IMG/VR virus record: IMGVR_UViG_3300034062_003747
Location: 1-64,000 of that record
Origin: a virus
Strand: one strand, 5' to 3'
DNA: 64,000 nt
Shown: piece by piece, positions 38,628-47,859 of the stretch
Layout: the number at the start of each line of letters is the position of its first letter
Position numbering within the stretch: position 1 is the first letter of the stretch
The notes under the pieces: model-generated
What the model was told of the DNA's origin: nothing
Database searches by the model: none
Seen by the model: the letters and a program-made list of their open reading frames with translations, nothing else
Translations under genes and position numbers: made by a program

Positions 38628-39378
38628 CTATATCATCTTCAGTTAAATCAATATTTGACATATCAACCCAAAATGGTTCTTTTTTAATTGTAAAATCTCC
38701 TGTTTCTAAATAATCGTTTAACATTTTTTTCTGATGTTGTTTCATCACATTTACAACTTTTGTAATATAGTGAGTTTTACAATCAGTCATTTCTCGTATG
38801 AGTAGGTATAAATGCTTTTTATTAAAATTTTCTATAAATTCACTTCTACGAAATAACTCTAATACTGCATCAGCAATTTGTATATCTCTTTTTTTATTAA
38901 AAATAGTAGTAAGATGTTTATCCCAATACATTAACATTAGGTCTTTAAATTCTCTAAATTCACTACCCTCTTCTACTTCATAAAAATCATTGGATGGATT
39001 CCAACTTTCTGGCATATCAGATATTAAAGCGTTTTGTTTCCAACGTTTATAATTACCATTATTTTTTAAGATTAAATGATTCTTTGCAATAATAGTGAAA
39101 TAGGAGAATGCACGACCTTTACCTTCTTGAAACATGTGCATTTTTTCTACTAATGTTGAAACTACTTCGGTTTGAATATCTTTTTTAGATACATCAAAAT
39201 AAGAAAATTTAAAAGTGTTTAAAACATTTTCTGCTAATTTTTCAAAAGGTGCTTTAATTCTTTCTTCGTAAATTTTACTTCTTTCAACTGGATTTTTTGA
39301 TTTGTTATATTCGATTATTGCTTCTTGCGCAGGTGCACCGAAATATATTTTTGATTTTGGTTTTCTTTGTTTTGCCAT
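38617..39378 (-). CDS. Phage sigma-factor-like protein (gp55-like late sigma candidate)
   Basis: KLAENVLNTFKFSY...GKGRAFSYFTIIAKN resembles sigma region 2 as found in T4-like gp55. Confidence 0.6.
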   Translation of the reverse strand: MAKQRKPKSKIYFGAPAQEAIIEYNKSKNPVERSKIYEERIKAPFEKLAENVLNTFKFSYFDVSKKDIQTEVVSTLVEKMHMFQEGKGRAFSYFTIIAKNHLILKNNGNYKRWKQNALISDMPESWNPSNDFYEVEEGSEFREFKDLMLMYWDKHLTTIFNKKRDIQIADAVLELFRRSEFIENFNKKHLYLLIREMTDCKTHYITKVVNVMKQHQKKMLNDYLETGDFTIKKEPFWVDMSNIDLTEDDIDDE

Positions 39379-39385
39379 TTGGTAA

Positions 39386-39649
39386 TTATAATATTTCGTT
39401 TAGATTTTCAACAATAGTTTTTAATTCGGTAAAGGTAGCACCAACTTCATCATCGGATTCAAATGAACCACGAGAATCTATATTCCTTAAATTTTCTAAT
39501 GCGTTAGATACTTTAACTTTAACTTCTAATGTAGTTTCAATAATGGTGTCTTCCAATTCTTCAGTTTGTTTCAGTAAATTGAATATACTGATAATAAATG
39601 TTATATTTAACACTATTGAAATCAATAAAATGATGTAAATGTATGTCAT
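39386..39649 (-). CDS. Small protein with N-terminal TM helix
   Basis: Hydrophobic N-terminus followed by a coiled coil. Confidence 0.6.
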   Translation of the reverse strand: MTYIYIILLISIVLNITFIISIFNLLKQTEELEDTIIETTLEVKVKVSNALENLRNIDSRGSFESDDEVGATFTELKTIVENLNEIL

Positions 39650-39658
39650 AGTTTGTTT

Positions 39659-39913
39659 TTATGCTTCACCCATTGGTCCGTAATAGATTCCTAACTTAGA
39701 ATCATCATCGGATGTTTGAGTATTTGCTTTTTTTATATTATTTTCTAATTGTTTTATTTTTAATTGAACTCTTTCATACCATTCTTTTTCTGATAGTATA
39801 CCTTTATCTATTAAAAGATTTACAAGGGCATCAATTACAATACTATGATTTAAAGTATGTTGTTCTATCTGTTGAAGAATCAATTTCTTCTGCTCCTTTT
39901 TGGTTAATTTCAT
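39659..39913 (-). CDS. Hypothetical protein
   Basis: ORF in the operon. Confidence 0.55.
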   Translation of the reverse strand: MKLTKKEQKKLILQQIEQHTLNHSIVIDALVNLLIDKGILSEKEWYERVQLKIKQLENNIKKANTQTSDDDSKLGIYYGPMGEA

Positions 39914-40133
39914 TTATTAAATCTTTTATAGTAAAATTATTAGTTTCATCTAAATTACCAAATGCTTTTTTAATCGATTCTTCATGATAACCCAATGCAG
40001 ATGCTAATCTTGCACATATAGTTTTAAATTCAAAAATATTCAATTCATCTGGTATTGTAAATTCTATTTCGGATGCTTCTCTTGCATGTTCAATGTAATC
40101 ATCATCGGTGTACTTAAATATTAGTTTGGCCAT
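39843..40133 (-). CDS. Hypothetical protein
   Basis: ORF in the operon. Confidence 0.55.
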   Translation of the reverse strand: MAKLIFKYTDDDYIEHAREASEIEFTIPDELNIFEFKTICARLASALGYHEESIKKAFGNLDETNNFTIKDLINEINQKGAEEIDSSTDRTTYFKS

Positions 40134-40143
40134 TTTATTGTTT

Positions 40144-41097
40144 TTAGTTTCTATTTATTTTTTTTGTAATATCTCTTGTATATTTGTTGTCGTGGAAAAA
40201 ACTATCAAATAACGATTCGTTTTTTATATATCCATCCGTACACATTAAATCAAACATATAATCAGCGTTTGCTTTAGATACGATTTCAGTTGAATTAAAC
40301 ATATCTAATATAAATTTTTTAATTCCATTTATTATTTCATTTTTTTTATCAAAATGAGTTTGATTCTCACCCGGTTGTTCATTTATGAATTCACCATTTA
40401 TAATATCAATATAAGTGCCAACTTTATCAGTTAATACTGATTCTAAAAATATTATATTATCTTTTAATTTATGGGTTTCAAAATCATAAAAACCTTTTAC
40501 ATCATCTAATAGGGGGTTTCCTTTATAAGTAATGTATCTACCTTTAAATTTTAATCCATATGTTTTTTCTATATTATATTGAGTAGTTCCTTGATAACCA
40601 GTATCAACCATCAATAGGTTTTGAGAATTTCCTATAACCTCTAATATATATTTTTTATACTCATCTCGTGTTCTTTTAGCTTTTTGTATTATTTCTGTTA
40701 AATACAAATCTAAATTTGGTAAATTTACATTACTATCTACCATTGTATCATTTTCAATAGGTGGAGTTATACCAAATCTATCTTTTAACAAATTAGATAA
40801 TTTTCCATTATATCTATGCAAATCAAATGTCCTAAATACATCGGCCGTGTTAAAAATTGAAACTATTGTTGATAATGTACGCGATGTTTTAAAATATACT
40901 GAGGGTGGTAGTTCATATTTCTCTCTAAATAATTCGTATATTTCTTGTAAAAATAATCCTTCTCTTGAATTAAAAAGGATTTTATCACTATTACCAATTT
41001 CACTTTTTAACCAATCAAAATAATTGAATAGTAATGGGCCAAAATAATTATAACCTAATTTTTCTAATGATTTTGTATGATTGTCTATTTCTGTCAT
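40144..41097 (-). CDS. HAD-associated domain protein (polysaccharide-locus type)
   Basis: FGPLL...FNSREG...VDTGYQGTTQ, resembling the C-terminal half of capsule-locus HAD hydrolases. Confidence 0.55.
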   Translation of the reverse strand: MTEIDNHTKSLEKLGYNYFGPLLFNYFDWLKSEIGNSDKILFNSREGLFLQEIYELFREKYELPPSVYFKTSRTLSTIVSIFNTADVFRTFDLHRYNGKLSNLLKDRFGITPPIENDTMVDSNVNLPNLDLYLTEIIQKAKRTRDEYKKYILEVIGNSQNLLMVDTGYQGTTQYNIEKTYGLKFKGRYITYKGNPLLDDVKGFYDFETHKLKDNIIFLESVLTDKVGTYIDIINGEFINEQPGENQTHFDKKNEIINGIKKFILDMFNSTEIVSKANADYMFDLMCTDGYIKNESLFDSFFHDNKYTRDITKKINRN

Positions 41098-41534
41098 TAT
41101 ATTACAAAAACTTTAAAAGAGGTTATTCCTAATTCAACCCAAACATCTATTACTCGTTGGTCATCATCATACGCACAAAATACATTTTCTTTTATTTTGG
41201 TTTCATATATTTTTCTTTTAAAAACAGGTGCCTTTAAAAAGTTATCTTCCCAACTTCTCATATACAAATTATCGTATGGTATGTTATATTTTTCTAACCA
41301 CTCTTTTGTAACCTTCCTTGTTGATTCTGGTCTACCGGTTAATACAATAACTTCAAACCCATTTTCTTTATAATTCTTTGCCAATTCAATCATTGGTAGA
41401 TTTGGTTTGTCTTTTATAAGGTTTTCGGATGAATGTACAATATCCCAGTCGAGTTTCCCATTTTCTTTTTCCGCTAATTTAAATCTATCATTAGCTATTG
41501 ACAATGTATTATCTATATCAATTATTATTTTCAT
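41097..41534 (-). CDS. HAD phosphatase (polynucleotide kinase 3'-phosphatase domain-like)
   Basis: DIDNT, LTGR, K and YDDD HAD motifs. Confidence 0.85.
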   Translation of the reverse strand: MKIIIDIDNTLSIANDRFKLAEKENGKLDWDIVHSSENLIKDKPNLPMIELAKNYKENGFEVIVLTGRPESTRKVTKEWLEKYNIPYDNLYMRSWEDNFLKAPVFKRKIYETKIKENVFCAYDDDQRVIDVWVELGITSFKVFVI

Positions 41535-42730
41535 AATTCTCTTATACCTTGTTTTTCATAACTTACTGGCACTTTAATTCCCGTGTTACATCCATTACAA
41601 TTATCACAAAATGTAATATATCCTAAATCCGTATAACCTAAATCAAATTTAATTAATTCTTCATTTGATATGTTATTTAAAGTAACAAAATCATTATCAC
41701 TTAAAGGAAATAAGTTTGTTCTAACTGCTGAGGTATTAAGATGACAATAATAAAACTTACCATCATTTAATCCTCTAAATGGTGCTGTGCAACTATCAAA
41801 GTGTTTAATTAACTTATCTATTTCTAAATTCTTTTTAACTCTTAAATCTCCAAAATCATACCACTCTATTTCATTTCTAACATAATGTTTAATCCCATAG
41901 TTTTTATATTCCTCAATGGTACGCATAACTTTATTTTTAAGTTTAGGTAATTTATCCGAATAATCACTTATACTTAAAATAACATCACTATCTTTTAATA
42001 ATTGAAGAATACTTTCTTTTGGAGTAACTGTGCCATTAGTAGTGATTATAAGTTTATCTAATTTATCTATATGGTTTAATAAGATATGTTGGATTATATT
42101 TTCAATATCTGGGTGTAGGAAGGGTTCCCCACCAACTAAATGAAACACACTTACAAAATCTACAACTTTAAAATATGAATCTATATCGGTTATAATAGTT
42201 GATAAATTTCTATGATTTGGGTTATCATAATGTGGTATAAACATATTACAATGCGAACACGCTAAATTACACCTTTCAGTTACTAATACATCCGTTTGAA
42301 ATATATGAACTAAATTCTTATACATCAATGGCCAAATTCCTGCTATATGTTTGTATGTAGTATGGGTTACATTACATTCATCCAAATACTTTATATAACG
42401 TTGTCTATATTCATCCGTTGTAATAATAACTTTCTCATTACCATTAAACTCATCTATATGAATTAATTTTATATTCTTTCTATCACTCTTATATTGCTTG
42501 GATTCGCGATAATAAGAACTAATTTCATTCAAATTATTTATAATCGTACTACTTTTTACATCGTGGTCAACAATATATTTTATTTTTAATCTACCACTTC
42601 CAAGCAAAAAATCCATACTCCTAATAAATTGGACACATTCTTTACTTGCACCAAATAAAACATATTCAGTTTCAATATCCCAATTAGATATAAATTGTTT
42701 AAAATTATGTAATTCTGGATTATAAATCAT
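41531..42730 (-). CDS. Radical SAM protein
   Basis: CNLACSHC, GGEPFLHP and TTNGT, with a C-terminal Cys cluster. Confidence 0.9.
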   Translation of the reverse strand: MIYNPELHNFKQFISNWDIETEYVLFGASKECVQFIRSMDFLLGSGRLKIKYIVDHDVKSSTIINNLNEISSYYRESKQYKSDRKNIKLIHIDEFNGNEKVIITTDEYRQRYIKYLDECNVTHTTYKHIAGIWPLMYKNLVHIFQTDVLVTERCNLACSHCNMFIPHYDNPNHRNLSTIITDIDSYFKVVDFVSVFHLVGGEPFLHPDIENIIQHILLNHIDKLDKLIITTNGTVTPKESILQLLKDSDVILSISDYSDKLPKLKNKVMRTIEEYKNYGIKHYVRNEIEWYDFGDLRVKKNLEIDKLIKHFDSCTAPFRGLNDGKFYYCHLNTSAVRTNLFPLSDNDFVTLNNISNEELIKFDLGYTDLGYITFCDNCNGCNTGIKVPVSYEKQGIREL

Positions 42731-42737
42731 AATTTAC

Positions 42738-43355
42738 TTATAGGATTTTTCCTCCTTGTTCAATTAAACTTTGTGCTTTTTTATATTTCACAAATTCAGT
42801 AGTACCATCTTTTAATTGAACCATTACCATTTCATTTCTACCATAAGTTTTTGGTGCAGTATAAGTTGTTGAATATCTGCGATTTGGATTTGTAATTAGA
42901 ATTCCATTTAAGTGGTCTATTTCATGTTGTGCAACAACACATTCCATCAATCCTAAATCATTAAAAAATTCTTCAGAATCTTTCCAATCACCCAACTCAT
43001 TATCGGGTGAAAATACAACCGTCCCTAAGTTATCACATTCGACCGTAATCTTCTTTGCACGGATTGTTTTAACCGGACTCTTCATTGTTTTATCAATTGA
43101 TAAACATTGTTCTACATATGCAACTGAATCCTGTGAGTATTCTACAATCTTTGGATTGATTAATACTAATGGGTCTTTTACATTAATTATACATGCTCTC
43201 ACATCTAATCCTAATTGATTAGCAGATAAACCAATACCACCAAATTTAACTAACCCACTCGCTAATATTGTAGAAATAGATTCTATATCAGCAGGTGTGA
43301 ATTTTGTTTCACTAATTGGTTTTGATAATTTTAATTTGTCTTTTATTATGTTCAT
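42738..43355 (-). CDS. def: Peptide deformylase
   Basis: GIGLSANQ, EQCLS and QHEIDHLNG motifs. Confidence 0.92.
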   Translation of the reverse strand: MNIIKDKLKLSKPISETKFTPADIESISTILASGLVKFGGIGLSANQLGLDVRACIINVKDPLVLINPKIVEYSQDSVAYVEQCLSIDKTMKSPVKTIRAKKITVECDNLGTVVFSPDNELGDWKDSEEFFNDLGLMECVVAQHEIDHLNGILITNPNRRYSTTYTAPKTYGRNEMVMVQLKDGTTEFVKYKKAQSLIEQGGKIL

Positions 43356-43360
43356 TTTAA

Positions 43361-43576
43361 TTATTTTCTTAATGGATTATATGGATTTATATAATTTGGT
43401 TTAAAGTATTCATCAGTATATTCTAACTCATCTGGAAATATAGATAATTGTTTACCATATTCATTTTTAGGTTCTACTAATTTGTTTGCTAACTTTCTAA
43501 CTTTCTCACCCAATTCATAATTGTTTGGTGTTTCGTTTATTAATGAAAGTGGAATTTCAATTGTTAATTTATTCAT
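43361..43576 (-). CDS. Hypothetical protein
   Basis: First ORF after the promoter at 43603-43634. Confidence 0.6.
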   Translation of the reverse strand: MNKLTIEIPLSLINETPNNYELGEKVRKLANKLVEPKNEYGKQLSIFPDELEYTDEYFKPNYINPYNPLRK

Positions 43577-43602
43577 ACTATTTATTTTAAAATATTATCT
43601 TA

Positions 43603-43634
43603 CAAAGATACAACATTTTTTTGATAAAACCAAA
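43603..43634 (-). promoter_or_regulatory. Bacteroidota-type promoter (TTTG-N20-TATCTTTG)
   Basis: Perfect consensus in an intergenic gap. Confidence 0.75.
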
Positions 43635-43643
43635 TGTTTTTCA

Positions 43644-43889
43644 TTATTTGAATTTAGATAATGTTTTTTCGTTACTTTTTGTCTTTGCTTTCTTTGCCTC
43701 TTTGGTTTGAGTTTGTATTAATTTCATTCGTTGTGTCCAAGCGGGTTTGTATTTATATTCAACTGATATTGGGCCGTTAGGGAATTTAGTTTTATCGTAT
43801 TTCCAAACAGATATACATTCATCATCTTCAAATGTGTGTTCGAATTTTAATGGTTTATCTTTTACGGATGGTTCTGGTTTCTTTGCCAT
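43644..43889 (-). CDS. Hypothetical protein
   Basis: ORF in the operon. Confidence 0.6.
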   Translation of the reverse strand: MAKKPEPSVKDKPLKFEHTFEDDECISVWKYDKTKFPNGPISVEYKYKPAWTQRMKLIQTQTKEAKKAKTKSNEKTLSKFK

Positions 43890-43898
43890 ATAGTAAAT

Positions 43899-45074
43899 TT
43901 AAAATGAAAAAAATTGATTTACCTTTTCGGTATCTACTCTACATCCCAATCGAAGTTCCCCAATTGGTTTTAGTAAATCTGAATATCCTTCGATGGTATC
44001 TCCATCATATTCGTGACAATATGATGCTCTTACTTTTATTGTTTTATATACATCCGAATGTTCATTGTTATCATGTCTAACCTTACCATTGAATAACGTA
44101 GGTTTCCAATTATCAGTATGATTATTTCTATAAATTCCTAATGCAGGATTAATAGTTTTGGTATAGAATTTACCACCAATACTTTTTAATATACCCCCAC
44201 AAAATTCTGATATCTTACTTCCAATTCCCATACCTTGATAATCTGGGTGTACTACGATTCTACTTTCTCTAAACACTTTAAACCCACCATTCTTTCCTAA
44301 GTGTCTACCTATAACGTTTATTGCAATGGGTTTATTGTTCCATTCAAACAAAAGAAATATATAAGTGCGATTTACACTTTCAGTTAGATAATGATGTTTT
44401 TTGAAGAAGTCAAAAGTTTCAGGTTCGACCCTACTAACTTGTAAAGAGATTTCGGGTCTTCCGAGCCGAAGATAGTCAGGCCTTTCGAGCCCGCCTCCTT
44501 TTAATGGGGTATAAATCCAATCCGGCATAACCCATTCCATAATATCAAAATGACAAGATGCAAGTATAACCTTTTTCTTTTCTCTACGAATATACTTTTG
44601 TAATGCCAAACTCATTGCCTTAGCAACATCTCTATCCACTACTGATGTGTACTCATCTACTAAAATAGTTTCACCTTCTTTTGATGATGCAACTAAATAG
44701 GCAAGATATGCACGATATTGTTCTCCATTACTTAATAAACGAAATGGTCTTAACCAAGTTGGAACTGATGATAATCCAATTGATGTTAGGACTCTACTTG
44801 CTTCATCTGGTTCTAACCAATCAAAATTTGAAATAAGGGGTTTATCTACATCAAACTCAATAGTTTTAATACCACCTAATTCTTTTAAGATTGTGGATTT
44901 ACCACTACCACTTCCGCCATATATCACACCTACATTCCACTCAAATGAATTAAGACCATCAATATCCATTGGAATGGTTACACTGGTCTCTTCTCTATTT
45001 TGAATATCAAACGCATCATACACATATTCGGTGTACTTATCATTTTGTATTTTTGATGTAAGTGTAATGTTCAT
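43899..45074 (-). CDS. ABC-type ATPase fused to a GNAT/Mom-like acetyltransferase
   Basis: GGSGSGKS, LSNGEQ and VDEYTS; C-terminal KHHYL...RIVVHPDYQGMGIG acetyl-CoA-binding motif. Confidence 0.85.
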   Translation of the reverse strand: MNITLTSKIQNDKYTEYVYDAFDIQNREETSVTIPMDIDGLNSFEWNVGVIYGGSGSGKSTILKELGGIKTIEFDVDKPLISNFDWLEPDEASRVLTSIGLSSVPTWLRPFRLLSNGEQYRAYLAYLVASSKEGETILVDEYTSVVDRDVAKAMSLALQKYIRREKKKVILASCHFDIMEWVMPDWIYTPLKGGGLERPDYLRLGRPEISLQVSRVEPETFDFFKKHHYLTESVNRTYIFLLFEWNNKPIAINVIGRHLGKNGGFKVFRESRIVVHPDYQGMGIGSKISEFCGGILKSIGGKFYTKTINPALGIYRNNHTDNWKPTLFNGKVRHDNNEHSDVYKTIKVRASYCHEYDGDTIEGYSDLLKPIGELRLGCRVDTEKVNQFFSF

Positions 45075-45075
45075 A

Positions 45076-45339
45076 TTAATGTTTTATTTTATTATCTTCA
45101 TCTAACATTTTATGTGACCTTAACATAATACTACCTTTGATTGTTCCTTTTAAATTATCTTCATCAATTACTCTATCCACACCAACGTATGATGTAGTTT
45201 TTACTTTAATCATTTCAGCTAATGCTGCCTTTGCAATCATATCCGTTCTACTTCGTTTACCCCTTGTTGTATCAGTACCCAATAATGGTGCATCAAAGTC
45301 TACATCTATTTCTAAATTAATTTTGTATTTAAATGTCAT
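45076..45339 (-). CDS. Hypothetical protein
   Basis: The ATG at 45339, just after the upstream stop, is preferred. Confidence 0.55.
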   Translation of the reverse strand: MTFKYKINLEIDVDFDAPLLGTDTTRGKRSRTDMIAKAALAEMIKVKTTSYVGVDRVIDEDNLKGTIKGSIMLRSHKMLDEDNKIKH

Positions 45340-45340
45340 A

Positions 45341-45613
45341 TTAAGCAATTGCTTTTACTTTTGTAAAATTAAAACTTCTCCAGCCGGTTTTTTCTATATC
45401 CCAAACTGTAATTAAATCTGATTCAACTACGTTTCCGTTTTCATCTAACTTAACAACCTTATCAGTTTTAGGATGAAACTCTTGTGGGATTTTACTAATT
45501 AGCTTTGTACATAACATTGTTCTATCAGTACCATCTGCTTTTGTAAAAGTTACTGATACCACTTCCGTTTGTAATTTTTCTACTAATTCGTGTTTTGTAA
45601 TAATTAATTCCAT
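45341..45613 (-). CDS. WYL_2/Sm-like SH3-fold protein
   Basis: VTFTKADGTDRTMLCT...VWDIEKTGWRSF. Confidence 0.75.
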   Translation of the reverse strand: MELIITKHELVEKLQTEVVSVTFTKADGTDRTMLCTKLISKIPQEFHPKTDKVVKLDENGNVVESDLITVWDIEKTGWRSFNFTKVKAIA

Positions 45614-46026
45614 TTTTCGTTTATTTTTATTGTTTTTAAATCGTTTCGTTGTTTAAATTCTCTTTCGGTTTCTCTATCATAGCGTTCTTTAAATTGTGAA
45701 ATTCTAACAAACTCTTCGTATGCTTCTCTATGATAATGTTTAATGTGCTCGATTCCTAATTCATATCTGAATATGATTTCTTCATATCTTAATTCTTTAT
45801 AATCAAACCCATCTCCTTGAACTTTTATTTCAAGTTGTAATGAATCAATTGTACGTTGTAACGAATCTATTGTATGAGTTTGAATCTGATAGTTTTCTCT
45901 ACTCATTACAACAACCGGTTTATCTTTGTTATTCATACTAAATCCTATTGATACTATTGCCACTGCTATAATTCCAACTATTAGTATTGTACCTAATGTA
46001 ATTTTTAATTTATCGCCAATATCCAT
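45604..46026 (-). CDS. Membrane-anchored hypothetical protein
   Basis: N-terminal TM helix and IDSL-repeat coiled coil. Confidence 0.6.
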   Translation of the reverse strand: MDIGDKLKITLGTILIVGIIAVAIVSIGFSMNNKDKPVVVMSRENYQIQTHTIDSLQRTIDSLQLEIKVQGDGFDYKELRYEEIIFRYELGIEHIKHYHREAYEEFVRISQFKERYDRETEREFKQRNDLKTIKINEKWN

Positions 46027-46027
46027 A

Positions 46028-46312
46028 TTAATTAATGTTTATAAACTGTGAACGTTTATACTCTTTTTTCAGTTGGTAATCGTATTTCCAATTTTTAATA
46101 ATTTCTTCTGCTTGAGATTTATTTTGAAATGGATAATCACCCGATACCCATACTTTAAATGGTAGTATACCCATGCTTGTTCTGAACCACACTTTTTGTT
46201 GTGGTTGATACATTCGGATTCCGTTGACAACAAAAGTTTCGATTCGATACTTTGGTTTTGCTTCTAACGTTATTACTCCCAATAACATTAGTACTATTAA
46301 TAGTTTTTTCAT
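46028..46312 (-). CDS. Hypothetical secreted protein
   Basis: Signal peptide MKKLLIVLMLLGVITLEA. Confidence 0.6.
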   Translation of the reverse strand: MKKLLIVLMLLGVITLEAKPKYRIETFVVNGIRMYQPQQKVWFRTSMGILPFKVWVSGDYPFQNKSQAEEIIKNWKYDYQLKKEYKRSQFININ

Positions 46313-46320
46313 ATCAAAAG

Positions 46321-46352
46321 CTAAGATACGAAAAAAATCTTAGAATACCAAA
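46321..46352 (-). promoter_or_regulatory. Bacteroidota-type promoter (TTTG-N20-TATCTTAG)
   Basis: One mismatch to the -7 box, with an exact 20-nt spacer. Confidence 0.65.
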
Positions 46353-47738
46353 TTATTTCCTAAGATTTTCTAAACGAAGAATTTCATCTTTAATTTTCTG
46401 ATTATATGGATTCCATTTTATGTTATCCAATAACCATTTACGATAGTAGGGTGGAATCGATGCTACTGGTTTGTTTGCATACTTACCAAACGTCATATAA
46501 ATCTTTTGTATCTCCCCCTCTTCGTTTCGTTGTTCAGATAAATTAATACCACCCTCTAAATGGATTCCAATTTCATGCATTGGGATACCGGTAAGTTTCT
46601 TTTTATTTTCACCATACAATTCCCATATACCATCCTCATCTTCTTTATAGTAAAGAGATTCTACTTTACCGAACTTATCAACTGCTCCAACAAAATCTAC
46701 AACTAAACAATTTTGTTTATTATCGTGAATACGAGTTCCTCTCCCCACAAACTGATACCACCACGAAATTGATGCAGTAGGTCGACCTGTGATTAAACAA
46801 TCTAATTCTGGATAATCAAATCCAACTGTCAATACGTTGACTTGAACAATAACTCTAATTTTTTGATTACGAAATTCTTCGATGATTCGGTTACGTTCTC
46901 CAGTTGGGGTTTCTCCATGTACTACTGCGGCAGATGGAATCTTTCCTGCTAATTGTGTTGCTTGAATAATGGTTGGTACTGCAATTAATATTGATTTTCT
47001 ATCTTGTAGTTCTCTAACTTTCTTTACAATTTTATCTTGTAGGTTTTGATTCTCATATGCACGTGCAATGGAATCATTTGTATATTCAGCACCAGATGAA
47101 TTATATACTAATGCTCCGGTATCAAAATCATATGATTGATATTCTAATGGAGTCCAAAATCCCATCTTCACAATTTCTTCAATTTGAGAAACGTGAATAA
47201 TATGTTTAAAAAATGTTCCATGTTTAGAACGATTAGTTAACATTACCAATTTAGAATATGGACCAGTCTCACTCATATTAGTTTGTAGTTTAAGTGGAGT
47301 TGCGGTTAACCCCAATACATGAGTTGCCTTCATACCATCTATAAACTTTCTTAGTTGTCCGTTCTTATCTCTTGGGTATCTATCACACTCATCTATTATA
47401 ACTTTGGTAATTCCTAACTCTCTGAATTTCCACGCAATGTTTATGATAGAACCGATTGTTGCATAGGTAATATCACCAATCTCTTTCTCACCCATTGATG
47501 CAGAATAGATTGATGCCTTACCACCTAAGTTAATAAGTTTATTGTAGTTTTGTTCTAATAATTCTTTTGAAGGTTGGATTACCAATACCTTTTCATTGAT
47601 ACCCTTTGCGATATAGGCAATAACAATCGACTTACCGAATGCAGTAGGTGCAACGATAATCGATGGTGCCATTTTTGGTGTGTTAAAAAACTCAATACCA
47701 ATAGCAACTGGTTCTAATTGATAATCTCTTAATTTCAT
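46353..47738 (-). CDS. Superfamily II helicase (RadD/UvsW-like)
   Basis: LRDYQ, PTAFGKS, DECD, TAT and QFVGRGTR motifs; C-terminal MTFGKY module. Confidence 0.9.
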   Translation of the reverse strand: MKLRDYQLEPVAIGIEFFNTPKMAPSIIVAPTAFGKSIVIAYIAKGINEKVLVIQPSKELLEQNYNKLINLGGKASIYSASMGEKEIGDITYATIGSIINIAWKFRELGITKVIIDECDRYPRDKNGQLRKFIDGMKATHVLGLTATPLKLQTNMSETGPYSKLVMLTNRSKHGTFFKHIIHVSQIEEIVKMGFWTPLEYQSYDFDTGALVYNSSGAEYTNDSIARAYENQNLQDKIVKKVRELQDRKSILIAVPTIIQATQLAGKIPSAAVVHGETPTGERNRIIEEFRNQKIRVIVQVNVLTVGFDYPELDCLITGRPTASISWWYQFVGRGTRIHDNKQNCLVVDFVGAVDKFGKVESLYYKEDEDGIWELYGENKKKLTGIPMHEIGIHLEGGINLSEQRNEEGEIQKIYMTFGKYANKPVASIPPYYRKWLLDNIKWNPYNQKIKDEILRLENLRK

Positions 47739-47858
47739 TTAAAAAAGAAATTCAATTAAAATTATACTCAATAGTGTAAAGATTCCTCCAATTATTGCTA
47801 TTGATGTAAAATTTTCTGAATCTTCAACCTGTTGTTTTGTTTTTCCTTGATTTTCCAT
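47739..47858 (-). CDS. 39-aa membrane micro-protein
   Basis: Translated by hand: MENQGKTKQQVEDSENFTSIAIIGGIFTLLSIILIEFLF. Exactly fills the gap between uvsE and the helicase. Confidence 0.6.
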   Translation of the reverse strand: MENQGKTKQQVEDSENFTSIAIIGGIFTLLSIILIEFLF

Positions 47859-47859
47859 A

